DNA of 63,574 nt, the filler included, from Jimgerdemannia flammicorona (Eukaryota): assembly GCA_003990765.1 (NCBI GenBank). It is 3 parts of 3 records of this genome, joined end to end, with 100 filler letters (N's around TTAATTAATTAA, not from the genome) between each part and the next. Parts side by side here need not be neighbours in the genome. Positions count along the whole stretch, not along the records: positions 1 to 21,134 come from RBNJ01001522.1; positions 21,235 to 42,354 come from RBNJ01001525.1; 1 more part is not named here. One strand, given 5' to 3'. The notes beneath the pieces are model-generated. The model was not told where the DNA came from and ran no database searches. It saw only the letters and a program-made list of their open reading frames with translations. The position numbers and the translations under genes were made by a program. This document shows positions 14,226 to 25,395 of this stretch, one piece after another (position 1 is the first letter of the stretch; each line of letters opens with the position of its first letter).

Positions 14226-14928
14226 AGATGCACTTTCAGAGATTCTGGTGGGGGGTGATAGATGGAGTCCACCATATTGGTCTCTGATAGCAGAGTTATG
14301 AGTGGGAGAAATGGGGACCCCAGATATAGAGGTGGAACTGTCTTCTATTGAGTGGGATACTGGTTGATAACTTCTGCTTAGGAGATGACATAGAGTATCT
14401 TTGAGAGCATAGAAGAGATCTGTGGTCTGAGGTGTAGCAGAGAGTGGAAATTGGAGTAGAGTGGGATTAGAATGGAATTTGGTTGTGGGCCAAGCAGGGG
14501 GCAAGATGGATTTCTCCCAAGTTCTGGGTAGTATAGTAGAGACTTCTAAAGTATAAATAATATTGAATTACTAGTTGTATTATTTAGTAGAAGGAGGTAC
14601 TCAGGAGTGTTAGGAGTATCTAAACATCAGACAGGAGAGTAGAGTGGTACAGACTCCTGAACATTGGCTAGGGGAGTGTGAGGTATTGGGTAACTTCTAG
14701 AGAGCAATTGAGATATGGCTGGGAGTGTGATCACTAGGGCTAGTGATAGGAGAAAGGTAGTGTGACCTCTGGAGGAGACTGGTGGGGGGGGTTAGAAGAT
14801 GAGTGATTGTTATTACAATGAGTGCTGGCTATTTGAATTGGGCTTGCCAGATATTAGCTATATATATTTGAGAAATATCAATAGCTGACTTCAGGGGTTA
14901 GAGTTTGTTAGATAGGAGTAGTTGACAA
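3945..14928 (+). mobile_element. Heavily mutated LINE family A (ORF1, EN, RT, C-terminal Cys/His region), interrupted at 8336-14222
   Basis: ORF1 remnants, EN start near 5590, RT QGDP motif near 7530. Sequence resumes after the poly(A) at 14223 via a target-site duplication. Confidence 0.85.
8336..14222 (+). mobile_element. Full-length (about 5.9 kb) L1/Tx1-like LINE, family A, degenerate
   Basis: 5' UTR, ORF1, ORF2 (MNSTTKIFSLNVNG, GGDFN, WRPIMLL, DQEKAY, PQGDPLSP, FADD, C-terminal CxxC..H), AATAAA and poly(A). 17-bp TSD AGAGGATGTACTTTCAG (8319-8335) / AGAAGATGCACTTTCAG (14223-14239). Confidence 0.95.
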
Positions 14929-17900
14929 GACCTTTCTCTGGTTACATTCAGGTTATACAACCTTTTGGCAACACTTTCAACATAGTTTTTAGAGAAAAGC
15001 TACTAATATTATAGCAACTGATAAGCATTCCGAGGTGTATACTGAGTAGGGTGGCCTGGGGGCATTCAACTGGTAGTATGTAGAAGGGGCCCTGGCTTGG
15101 GGAGAAGCATGAGGGGCCTGCTGGCAGGAGGATGTGGTAGGGGAGGGGCAGCACTAGAGGTCAGGGGACAGGGAGGGTGAGCTTTGTAGATAAGATAAAG
15201 GGGAGTCAGCAGGGAGCTGGTCTAGAGGGCTGGCTTCAGAGAGGCAAGGAGACAGCAAAGACTACTGAGCAGCAGCCTTAAGGGAGAGTATCTCTGGGGG
15301 ACCAGAGTAGTGGGGCTGATGGTATATGGGCCAAGGGGGTGACTGCTGATGAGAGCATGATGGGCAAATAGAAAAAAAATCTAGATGGGACTGCTGATGG
15401 TGGACCAAGCTGGGGGAAAGACATGAGGCCTAGCAATTTGGCAGATGGTATAACAGGACTGGTAGTAGCACTATTACTCAAGAAGTTGATCTTGGAGTTT
15501 GCAGTTACCTTGTGCTTCTGGAGCTTAGCAGTGATGGCAAAAATGGTCCTGGGGCTGATTGCTAAGCAGGTGGCTAGAGCAGTATCTATAAAGTTCCTGA
15601 AGAGACTGGAAGGAGTAGTGGTTGGCTTTGTGGAGACTGGACCATTGGAGGAGGCACTGAAGGCAGGGTTGACAGTAGGAGAGGTGTGTGTTCCAATGGC
15701 ATTCTGCTTGAGGTGGGACCCCAGGGTGGTGCAATTGCTGGTAAAGGGGGGTGCCCATTTTGACTGCTGAGGAGACAAGGAGGAGAGTTGAGGAAGTTAT
15801 GGCTGAGTATGGCAAGGTGGTTGATGTTGGGTTCAGGGTCTGGGAGGGGACCTTGTTCAGAACTGGAGATATCAATTTTTGAATTCAGTTGGCAGAGAAG
15901 AAAGCAACCAGGAAGGCTAGAGACTGGCCTTCAGTAATAGTCTGGGGGGCTTTCTTGTGTAAGGTGATGAGGGTGAAGGGGAGTAAGGAGGAGGAAGAGG
16001 ATCTGCTGGAGGTGCTGGTAGAGCTGAGTGGTGCTGTAGAGCAGAGAACTAAGGCTTGGAAGATGTATGTTGAGTTGAGACATTTGGAAGTAGTGGATGG
16101 AAAGAGGATTCAGATAGATAAGGGGTGGTAGGAAAGATCCCAGAGAGACAAGAGGCAGAGAGAGTTGTTGGCAAAACTGAAAAGTATGGTAAAGCAGGAT
16201 GCTGGTGGTATTGAAATCATGGGGGGAGCCAAGGAGAGTATCTGGGTCAGGGGAGAGGAGGGAGCCCTGGAAGAGGCCGCGCTCAGTGGGGACTGAAGGG
16301 GTGACAAGGCCATTAACAACCACCTGATAAGAACAGTGGTTGAAGAGAATGCAGGAAGGAGCCAGGAGGAGGAGAGGAGGCAAAGAGAAATGACCCTTAT
16401 ATAGATGGCACATTTGAGGTCTGGGAGCCATCCCTAATCCTTATGCTGCTTATTAGATAAGGTCCAGCCTCAAGGGGCAGGGTGGTGGAGGATGTGTCCA
16501 TGCAGAGAGCCCAGAGAGTACACTTTGGAGTTTCTGAGATAGTAAAGGGGGGGCAGGTGGTAGTGGTGGATGAGAATAAACTGTTAGATTAGTGGGATAA
16601 GGCTGCAATACAGGGGCTGATATCTCAATACTGGATGGAGGGCAGCCAGTAACTCCTGGGGGGAAGGAGGTGAAGAATCTGCTCTGGATATATAAGATGA
16701 TGAATAACTTTGCAGTAGAAGAGTTGGAGAGGTGGACCTGCGAGTGATGAGTGATAAGCATTGGGAATATATCCTGCATGATAAGGGAGTGGTAGAGGTG
16801 CCAAAGGCAGAGATTCTTGTAGTTTTCCTGAAGGAGGAAGGGTATGAGGTTGACAAGGAGAGGGAGGCTGGGCTGGCAGTTGTGGCCAGTGAGAGGGCTG
16901 CTTTCTGTTAAGCAGAGTGGTATGGGCTGTAGCTCTGGCTGGAGGTCTTCTGTCTGGAATATTGTGAAGAATTCCAGGAGAAGGAGGATGGGGAGCTTAT
17001 GGAACTTCTGGCTGTAATAGTGGCTAAGAGGACTGAAGAGGAGGAGGAAGCTACAGAACATGATTTAGACCTGGCTCAGGATGAGATGTTCATAGAGCAG
17101 TAGTGAATAGGCTTACTATTATACATTATTCCTTATGAACAGTACAACCAACATATTTTCTTTAAATGTGAATGGGCTCTGGGTTTTAGTTTGTCAACAG
17201 AATATTTTTGCTTGGCTGAAGGGATTGGAGGCCAATCTCTTTCTTTTGCAGGATGTCAGGTGCAAGAATTATTTGAATAAACTGAAATGAATGAAAGAAT
17301 GGAGAGAGGAGGCAGTTTGGAAGGGCAAGGTTGAGATCCTGGTCAGGAAGGGCAGAGGGAAGATACAGGATATGCAGAACTGGAGAGACAGGCTGGTCTG
17401 GGCTGAGTGGATTTGCACTGGTCAGGAACTAGTTATGGTTGGATCCTGCTACTATTCTGTAGTATGGGGTGAGTATGTAGAGTGGCTGAAGGGTCTCCAG
17501 GAGGAAGAGACTCTGGCAGGGACTGGAGTGGATATACTTGGTGGGGACTTTAATATGATCAGTTATGCAATGTTGGATAGAACTGATGGAGAGTGGGGGG
17601 TAGAGGAAAAGAGTGGAGGTTTGGAGGCATAGGAGGAAGTAGAGAGGCTGAGTACTTTGGTGGATGCTGGCAGAGAGCTGTGGGGTGACAGAAGGGTATA
17701 TACATATTGGACAAGTGACCTGGGGATGAAGATTGACTAGATTTTGACAGTGGACTACTGGGGGCTGGATGTTTGGGGGTCTCTGGAGGCAGAATGATAT
17801 CTGGGGTCTGATCATTGTGGACTACTGGGACAGGGCCATTTTGGGGGGAGTGGGGATGGACTGGGACATTGGCACCTCAACTTCTCCCTGATAGACAATT

Positions 17901-18759
17901 GGATACTATAGGACAAGTGGGCTGAGGATATTCAGCAGAGGATAGAGGGGTGGATAAGTGAAGGTACCTCAGTTGGCATTAGGTGGATGAGGCTGAAGGA
18001 GGCTGCAAGGGTCTATTGGAGGGAGGCAGATGCAGCTGCTGGAAGACAGAGGAAGAAGAGGTTGTGGGCCTCTACTAGATTGATGAGGTTGTTGGAAGAT
18101 TGGGCAGGTTTGGTAGCCCTGATTGCTACAGGTAAAAAAGAAGGTTGTATAGTTGCAATAGGTATTGCAGGAGGAGAAGGAAGCACAGGTACAGAGTATG
18201 GTAATACATCAACATTGGCAGGGGCTGGAGGAAGAGGAGAGACCTTCTAAGTTTCTCACAAGGTCCCTTTGGGCAAAGAGAGTTTAGCAGAGGTGAGAGG
18301 GGGTTTTTGATTCTGAGGGGACATTGGTACATGGTATACAAGACATTCTCCAGTCACTGAAGGAGCAGTGGAGTGGATTGTGAAGTGAGGAGGAGGGTGG
18401 GGTAGAAGATGCTGCCATTGGTCTGGCCTTGGAGGATTGGTATCCACTACAGGGAGAAGAGCTGGGCAATCTGATGATGCTGGTATAGGAGGAGAAGATT
18501 CATCAGATTCTTGTTGCAACTATATTGGGTATGGTACCAGGTGAGAATGGCCTGCCCTGGGTTTTCTGGAAGAAGATGGTGGACATCTCTGGTATGCTGG
18601 GAGAGCTGAGAGCTCTCTGTGACTTGGTACTGCAGTTTGGAAGATGGGTAGGGGAGCAGGATCTGGGATGGGTGGTGCTGCTGTATAAGGTCAGGGGTAG
18701 GAGAGAGGACTGGAAGAACTGGAGGCCAATCATACTACTGGACATGGACAGGAAGAAGT
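14929..18759 (+). mobile_element. LINE family A: 5' UTR to early RT, degenerate, interrupted at 18760
   Basis: 5' motif CCTTTCTCTGGTTACATTCAGG, ORF1 and EN remnants. WKNWRPIILLD lies just before the junction. Confidence 0.9.
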
Positions 18760-21134
18760 CACACCTTTCACCGGTAACATTCAGGTGACACAAGATTTGG
18801 ACAACACTTTCTGCGAAGTTTTTGGTGAAAAGCTACTATCAACATGGCGAGCAATGAGCATACTGGTGGGCATGGCGGCCAGGGGGGCAGCGGTGCCTTC
18901 GGCTGGCAGCAGGTCGGGAGGAAAAGAGGAGATGGTCTGGGGATGCCAGGGCCGTTGGTGGTTGGAGGTGGCGCTGGGGGTGGGGGAAGAGGCGGACTGA
19001 GGCAGCGAGGTGGGGGGAGGACGACCTTTGCTGACAAGGTCAGGATGGAGAAGATGGCAGCGGGGCTGGATGGCTGGTTGGGTCTGGGGAAGGCAGTGCT
19101 GGGTTCAGGTGGCGAACAGAGAGGACCCCTCATGGGAGCTTCAGTCGGTATGGGGGGATGGGGAGTAGGGGTTGGAGATGTGACTGCTGATGGGGCTGTG
19201 ATGGGGAATCTGGAAAAAAATCCAGATGTGACGGGGGTTGGCGGATCAGGAGAGAAGGAGGGCATGAGGCCCGGGGACCTGGCTGATGGTGTGACGGGCA
19301 TAGTGTCAGCACCATTACTCAAAAAGTCGAGATCGGAATTCGCGTTCACGTTGTGTTTCCGAGGCTTAGCGGTGACTGCGAGGATGATTCTGGGGCTGGT
19401 GGCGCAGGAGGTGAAGGGAGCGGCTACAGTCAAGTTCCTGAAGGGGAAGGAAGGAATTGAGGTCGGGTTTGAAGAAAAGGTGTCGATGCTGGAGGCTGTG
19501 GAGAAAGGGGTAGTAGTGGGCGGAGTGGTAGTCCCTATGGCGAGGTACATGCGCTGGGACCCACGAGTGGTGCAGCTGACAGTGCTGGATCTTCCTACGG
19601 TGTCACGGGAGAAGGCCAGAGAGTTGATTGTGGAGGTGGTCAAGGAGTATGGGGAAATCATCGATATTGGGTTCAAAGTCTGGGAGGGTACGGAACTCCG
19701 GACTGGTGATGTTGATGTAAGGGTACGATTGTTTGGTCGGGAGAACACAGGGAAGGCGAGGGACTGGCCGGCGACGCTTAAGTGGGGTCAGGTTGAGTGC
19801 AGGGTCTCCCGGGTGAAAGGGACGCTGGAGGAAGAGGAGGATTTGCTGGAGGCTCTGGAGGATCTGTCAGGAGCTGTCGAGAGGAGACGATTGGCTTGGA
19901 AGGAGTATGAGGCCAGGACAGTGGTGGAAATTGTGGAAGGGAAGAAGATCAGGATGGATCGAGGGACCTGGGAGAAGATGCAGGGGAGGCGAATTCAGAA
20001 GGAGCTGCTGGAGAAATTGGGAGGGGGCATGGGGGGAAGGGGTGAAGGGGGAGGTGGTGTTGGATTGAGGGAAAGCGACTGGGCTGGGGAGCCCAGAGCA
20101 GTTCAGGGGGGGGCCCAAGAGGTCCGTGGTGAGGAAAGGCAAGGCGGCTTGGTGGAAGACGCTGAAATGAGCGTGGAAGTACCGACACAGTATGGGGTCT
20201 CAGGAGGAGCCGGAGGTGAGGAGGAACTTCTTGACGTCCTGGAGGAGGAGTGGGATGAGTCGGGGAGGAGGATCACATTGGTGGACCCGGTGGTTGAGGT
20301 GGAAGGAAATACTCAGGGTGCCGAGGCAGAGGTGGAGGAGGAGAAGTGGTTGTGGAAGACGCTGGAAGGGGTGGCAGCAGAGGAACTGGGAGGGGAGGAC
20401 TTCCGGGTGATGAGTGATAGGCACTGGGAGGAAATTCTGCGTGGTGAGGAGGTGCCGGGGAAGGTCAGGAATGAAATTCTGGCAGTGCTCCTGGAGTCGG
20501 TGGAGTATCAAGTTGATGATAAGAGGGAGGAGGAACTTTGAGTGATTGCAAACGATCGAGCAGTGTACTTGTGGACTTCGAAGAAAGGGCTGGAGAAGTG
20601 GGGAGTAGTGTGCAAGGAGTATTGGACGGAAATGGAGGTGGTTGATGGGGCAGAGTGTCAGGAAATTTTGGAGGCACTGGATGCGCAAGAGGTGATGGAG
20701 GATGAGTTGGAGGCTGCGCGGCGCCTGGATCTGGAGGGGGACAGGAGGAGCATGGAATTCTAGATTGCGTTATCTCTACCAAACATTATTCAATATGAAC
20801 AGTACAACTAGAATCTTTTCTTTGAACGTCAATGGGCTAAGGGGGGCATCACGGTGTAGAAATATCTTTGGCTGGTTGAAGGGTCTGGAGGCAGATCTCT
20901 TCCTTTTGCAGGATGTACGGTATGAGTCGGATGTGGACCTACTGGACTGGACTCGGGAATGGGGTGGGGCGGCGATATGGACTGGGCAGGTGGACATCTT
21001 GGTTAGAAAAGGGATGGGGGACATTGGGGACATTGGACATTGGGGGAGTAGGCTGGTATGGGGAGTGTGGAGGAGGCCTGGCTGGAACTCTTTGACTGTT
21101 GGGTCGTGCTATTGCCCAGCTGAGAGAGGGGAAC
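18760..21134 (+). mobile_element. Young LINE family A copy, truncated by the assembly gap
   Basis: CpG-rich. 84-nt 5' UTR, ORF1 18844-20763, 31-nt spacer, ORF2 from ATG 20795 (MNSTTRIFSLNVNG...LLQD). Confidence 0.95.
18844..20763 (+). pseudogene. LINE ORF1 protein (Gly-rich N-terminus, RRM-like core, acidic helical C-terminus) with one internal TGA
   Basis: 565-aa and 73-aa ORFs are contiguous in frame across TGA 20539-20541 (likely CGA to TGA). Confidence 0.85.
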
Positions 21135-21234
21135 NNNNNNNNNNNNNNNNNNNNNNNNNNNNNNNNNNNNNNNNNNNNTTAATTAATTAANNNNNNNNNN
21201 NNNNNNNNNNNNNNNNNNNNNNNNNNNNNNNNNN
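21135..21234. other. Assembly gap with artificial TTAATTAATTAA linker
   Basis: N run with a central six-frame-stop linker. Same design at 42355. Confidence 0.95.
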
Positions 21235-21238
21235 AAAG

Positions 21239-21300
<62 letters not shown>
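21235..21300 (+). repeat. Poly(A) tract, probably the tail of one of the upstream LINEs
   Basis: About 65-nt A-rich run directly after the gap. Confidence 0.65.
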
Positions 21301-21303
<3 letters not shown>

Positions 21304-21364
21304 GCCTAAAGGGTTTCAACGAGGGCATATTTTTCATAGCTTCGAGGTACGATAAATAAAAAGT

Positions 21365-22837
21365 TTAATTGATCTTTTGCTTTGCCGTCACTTTTGCCGC
21401 CAACTCTCGCATTGTCAATACTCCCACTCCATCCGCGATCGCTTGGAGATCCATTTTCGTTAAAGCGACCTCAGCACCCTTCGCTCTACCATTAAACTTC
21501 AACGTCTCTTCATAAACCTTTATCGCCTCCTCCAGATTCTCCCGCAAATATGCCACTCTCTGCCGACTGGGCGGATGCGACGACCCAAACCACGCGTACA
21601 TAGAGCCCACCAAACCCCCAGTCTGATCTGGCTCCTCCACTTTCTCGGGTATTTCTGCGCCCCCCCTTGACAGCTTCTCGACCTCCTCGGTGATAATTCT
21701 CCCAATGACCTCCACCGTCCTGACCTCTTCTGTTTGAATCCGCGCAACGAGCCCCTCCTCCAGACTCGCCATGCGCTCCCACATCAGCACGGCCTTGGTG
21801 GGATCATACCCGGCCTTGGCCATAATCTTGAGTCCGATGAGATCGGCCTCGCGCTCCAGCGGGCGATTGTACGCCGTCCCCTGTCCGAGCGACGTGAAGG
21901 CGCTCCAGCCGTCTGTGATGGCTTGCGTGAGGAAGGGTCCAAAGCTGCGTAGCACGGTCCAGATGAGGCCGCGCACGGCTGCCTCGGCGGTGGTGAGGGT
22001 TTCGCCAAAGGATAAGGACTCCATGCTGTGCTGCTGGATTGAGTGAGAGATCTCGTGGGCAAGGGTAAAGGCGATCATGTCTGGATCGTAGCTGAAAAGC
22101 TTAAGTAACAAGCAGTATACGAGAATGTTATCGCCCGCGCAGGCCGCGTTGAGCGTGGAATGGTCGTCGACGACGTAGATATTGTACTTTTTAGCGGCCG
22201 CGGCGCCCTCGGGGGTGAAAGCGCGGATGGGGTCGCGCACATCATCAATGGCGGCCACGGAGATGTCTTCGACGACTTGTTTGATCCAAAGCGTGGTTGG
22301 ATGATCTGGAAGGAGGACTAGGCTACGCATTGGTCCTATGACCTCGTTTAGGGCTTGATCCATTACTTCTTTCTCTTCGGTCACGTTGTGGTAGATGAGG
22401 CGCCAGCGATCCGTGTTAGGCGCATGGTCGACGCCCAACGCGAGCACGAAGGTGAGGGCGCCGCCGGTAATGAGGAGCAGTCGCTTGTAGAGATGTGGGC
22501 GGCCTTTTGCTAACGGCAGGAGGGTGAGGGAGACTTTAGCGGACGCGGTGAACAGTTGCAGGACTTTTCCGGTTTTGAGGAAGGTGAGGAAGACAGAGAT
22601 TGGTAGGAGAGGGACACGGTTTGGGTTTGAAGTGTGGAAGGCGCGACGGAGATTCGCCGTTGGTGCGGATGTAAAATTCGATGTATGTATGAATGTCTAG
22701 GGTGTGGGTTTTATGCCGTCGAGAGGCGAGATGGCAGCCCTGGAAAAGAATCTTGGAGCCATCACAGCTCGGGTTGGCACAATGTGGGTTTTCAGTAAGG
22801 TCTTGCGCCTAGCAGCAGCTATTGTGATTCTGAACAT
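21365..22837 (-). CDS. OMA1: OMA1-like mitochondrial M48 metallopeptidase with an in-frame TAG at codon 47
   Basis: HEISH (HExxH), LEREADLIG, AGYDP and SHPP motifs, plus a hydrophobic segment. Upstream ATG 22837 gives a basic presequence (MFRITIAAARRKTLL) in the same frame. TAG at 22697-22699. Confidence 0.75.
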
Positions 22838-23828
22838 GGAGTTTCTGAAGATTTTATTGCCATATTGTCGAAGACCACAGGCTTAAATACTTTCAACTGG
22901 GCTCGCAATATTCACAAGTTACTATTACTATGCGGAAGGAATGGGTTGAGTCAACGACAAAGAGCCATCCGCACTTCCTCCGAAGGCGCAGTGTGATGCA
23001 TAGTATGGCGCAGGCAGCAAACGATCGGGGACTCTTTGCTATCGGAAGGCTCTCTTCCCGAAATGAATCATTTTCGGGGAGTCATCTGTGGCACAGGGAA
23101 TCTTCGTGACACGAAGTTGCTGCGTGAAAGATATTGATCCATTAAATAATCATTTTATTTTGAAAACGGGAATGGGTCTACTACATGCCACCTAACATGA
23201 TGCCTCCAAAGTTATGTACGCATTCAAATTTATTTCTCCAATAGTTGCGCAGGATATTTTGATTATGCAGGAATATGGCTTTCTAGAACTATTGTAATAA
23301 TCCACTACCTAATTATGCACTAAATTCTCTTTATTAAAAAAAGAAAAAAAAAAAAAAGTTTCCAAGTCTACCACGACAGGTTGAGATCCACTAAACTGTT
23401 AGCTGAAGGTGCACATTGCAAGCTGGATTTGATCGCGCAGCTGCACACAATAGAAGATAAAAGTTCTGAATTAGTCTTCATCTTCAACCCATCGGTCCGC
23501 CACCGTATGGGCCACGATGCTGTAAGTTGCTGCCGAAAGGAAGCACCAGCCGACGAGGACGGAGCGAGATAGGATTGAATGCGTCGTGGTTTGGAATTCG
23601 GGTGGGAACGCCGAGGTTTATAAGACTGTGGAGGAAGGTAGACTCGGTGCCTTGGTGCTTTGGCAGTATGCTTTTTCAAATGTATAGTGCAAATAACTCA
23701 CATATGCTCATTATAGCCATGGTGCCTAGGCGGTGTCTTGTGGTGCTGGCATAGTGGCATGAGCATGAGTTTACCCCCTCGCCCCCTCTCCAATTCTTAA
23801 GCTTGAAAAAAGACACATCTTTTATATA

Positions 23829-24494
23829 TCTCACTACTTGAAAAGACTGTCTGTACCCCTTACTTGAGGTACAATTGTATATATTCTCTGTACTTTTTTT
23901 TAGAGGAGGGGAGGGTGTGTGCTCAGTTCTGATAGTTTTGTTTTTATTACTCTGACTTATATCACTCTTACTCTAACTCACTCCCTCTCTTACTCTGTCT
24001 TATACCTTCACTCTGTCTCACTCCTTTACTTTACTTTACTCTATCTTGTTATCTACACTAGTGCTCTGCCAATTCTGGTACTTATTTTAATGTACTGTCT
24101 TACTATTCTGACTACTCTGACATACCTCACCACTTAAAAAGGCTGTCTGCACTTCTTATTTAAGGTATATTACATATATTTTCTGTGTATTTTTTTTTGG
24201 AGAAGAGAGAGGGCATGTGCCCAGTTCTGATAGTCTTATTTTTATCACTTGGACTCATATTACTCTCACTCTGACTTATATTTACTCACTCTGACTCACT
24301 CTCTTTCTCACTCTGTCTCACATCTTTACTTTCTTACCTTTTACTCTTCTTTACTCTGTCTCACTATTTACCCTAGTACTCTACTTATTCTGGTATCTAT
24401 TTCAGCATACTATCTTACTATTCTAACTACTTCAATATACTTTGCCTCTTGAAAAGGCTATCTATACTCCTTACTTAAGGTATATTATATATAT

Positions 24495-24525
<31 letters not shown>

Positions 24526-24655
24526 AGAGAGAGGGGGGGATATATACTCAGTTCTAATAGCCTTGTTTTTATTACTCTAACTTGTATCACTTTTATTCTA
24601 ACTTATATTGCTCTTATTCTAACTCACTCTCCTTCTTACTCTATCTTATATTTTT
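23829..24655. repeat. Tandem repeat of about 300 bp, about 2.7 copies, pyrimidine-rich and CpG-free
   Basis: The motif CTT(G/A)AAAAG(A/G)CT(G/A)TCT recurs in units starting near 23830, 24126 and 24441. Confidence 0.85.
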
Positions 24656-24656
24656 A

Positions 24657-25395
24657 CTTTATTTTTATTTTTATTTTTATTTTTATTTTTTATTTTTAGT
24701 TTATTAATAAAAGTCTTTTTTTTTATATATATAGTTACTTAGACTTCATTCTTTATTATCAAACCCATCTATATCCTTAAAATATACAGTAATTTCACTC
24801 TCTATCCAATTCTTCTGGGAGATCTTTCCTCTTCTCTATTATATTAGATTATTAATTACTGTAATTCTCTCACTATTCTGCTCATAAATATCTTCTACTA
24901 GGTATTATTACTGACCACTCTGGGGGCCCACCCCATCTACCAGCTAGCCAAAATATTTTTCAATAACTATTCTCACCTCATTACCTTCTCCTCTAAGCTC
25001 ATCTATCTACTCTTTTTAAATATATATAGTCAATATCCAGCCAACCTCATCTATAATACTAATGTCCATCTCACAGTAAGTTACTTATTACTGATATACT
25101 CTATCAACCCTCATCTTCAAATCCTTCCATCTATTCCCAACTCTATCAATATACTATTTCACTCCTAGATAACTTCTGACTATCTTTTAAAAGTTACCAG
25201 TAATCACATATTCTCCTAGTCAATATCAAATATCTGTACAAAACTTCTCTCCTACTCTATATCATAATACTCATTACAATTAAAGTATATACTCTCTATC
25301 AAACAAATAATCTAAATAAAAGTTCAATATAATATTTCTCTTCAATAAGTATCACTATACTATCTAGAACTTCAAAGGAAGCTACTACTGCTAAT
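24657..25395 (-). mobile_element. LINE family A 3' fragment with A-rich tail
   Basis: Reverse complement ends AATAAAG...AGTCTAAGTAACTATA, followed by poly(A) and (TAAAAA)n. Confidence 0.8.

Noticed and set aside
18768..19748. 326-aa Pro/Ser/Thr-rich antisense ORF and similar ORFs opposite LINEs
   Set aside because: Shadow frames of the G-rich ORF1 strand. No domain signal.
21179..21190. TTAATTAATTAA palindrome (also 42399-42410)
   Set aside because: Embedded in N runs. Artificial scaffolding linker.
23368..23766. Possible spliced gene fragment (GTGAGT...CCACAG intron, minus strand)
   Set aside because: No coherent reading frame or recognisable product.
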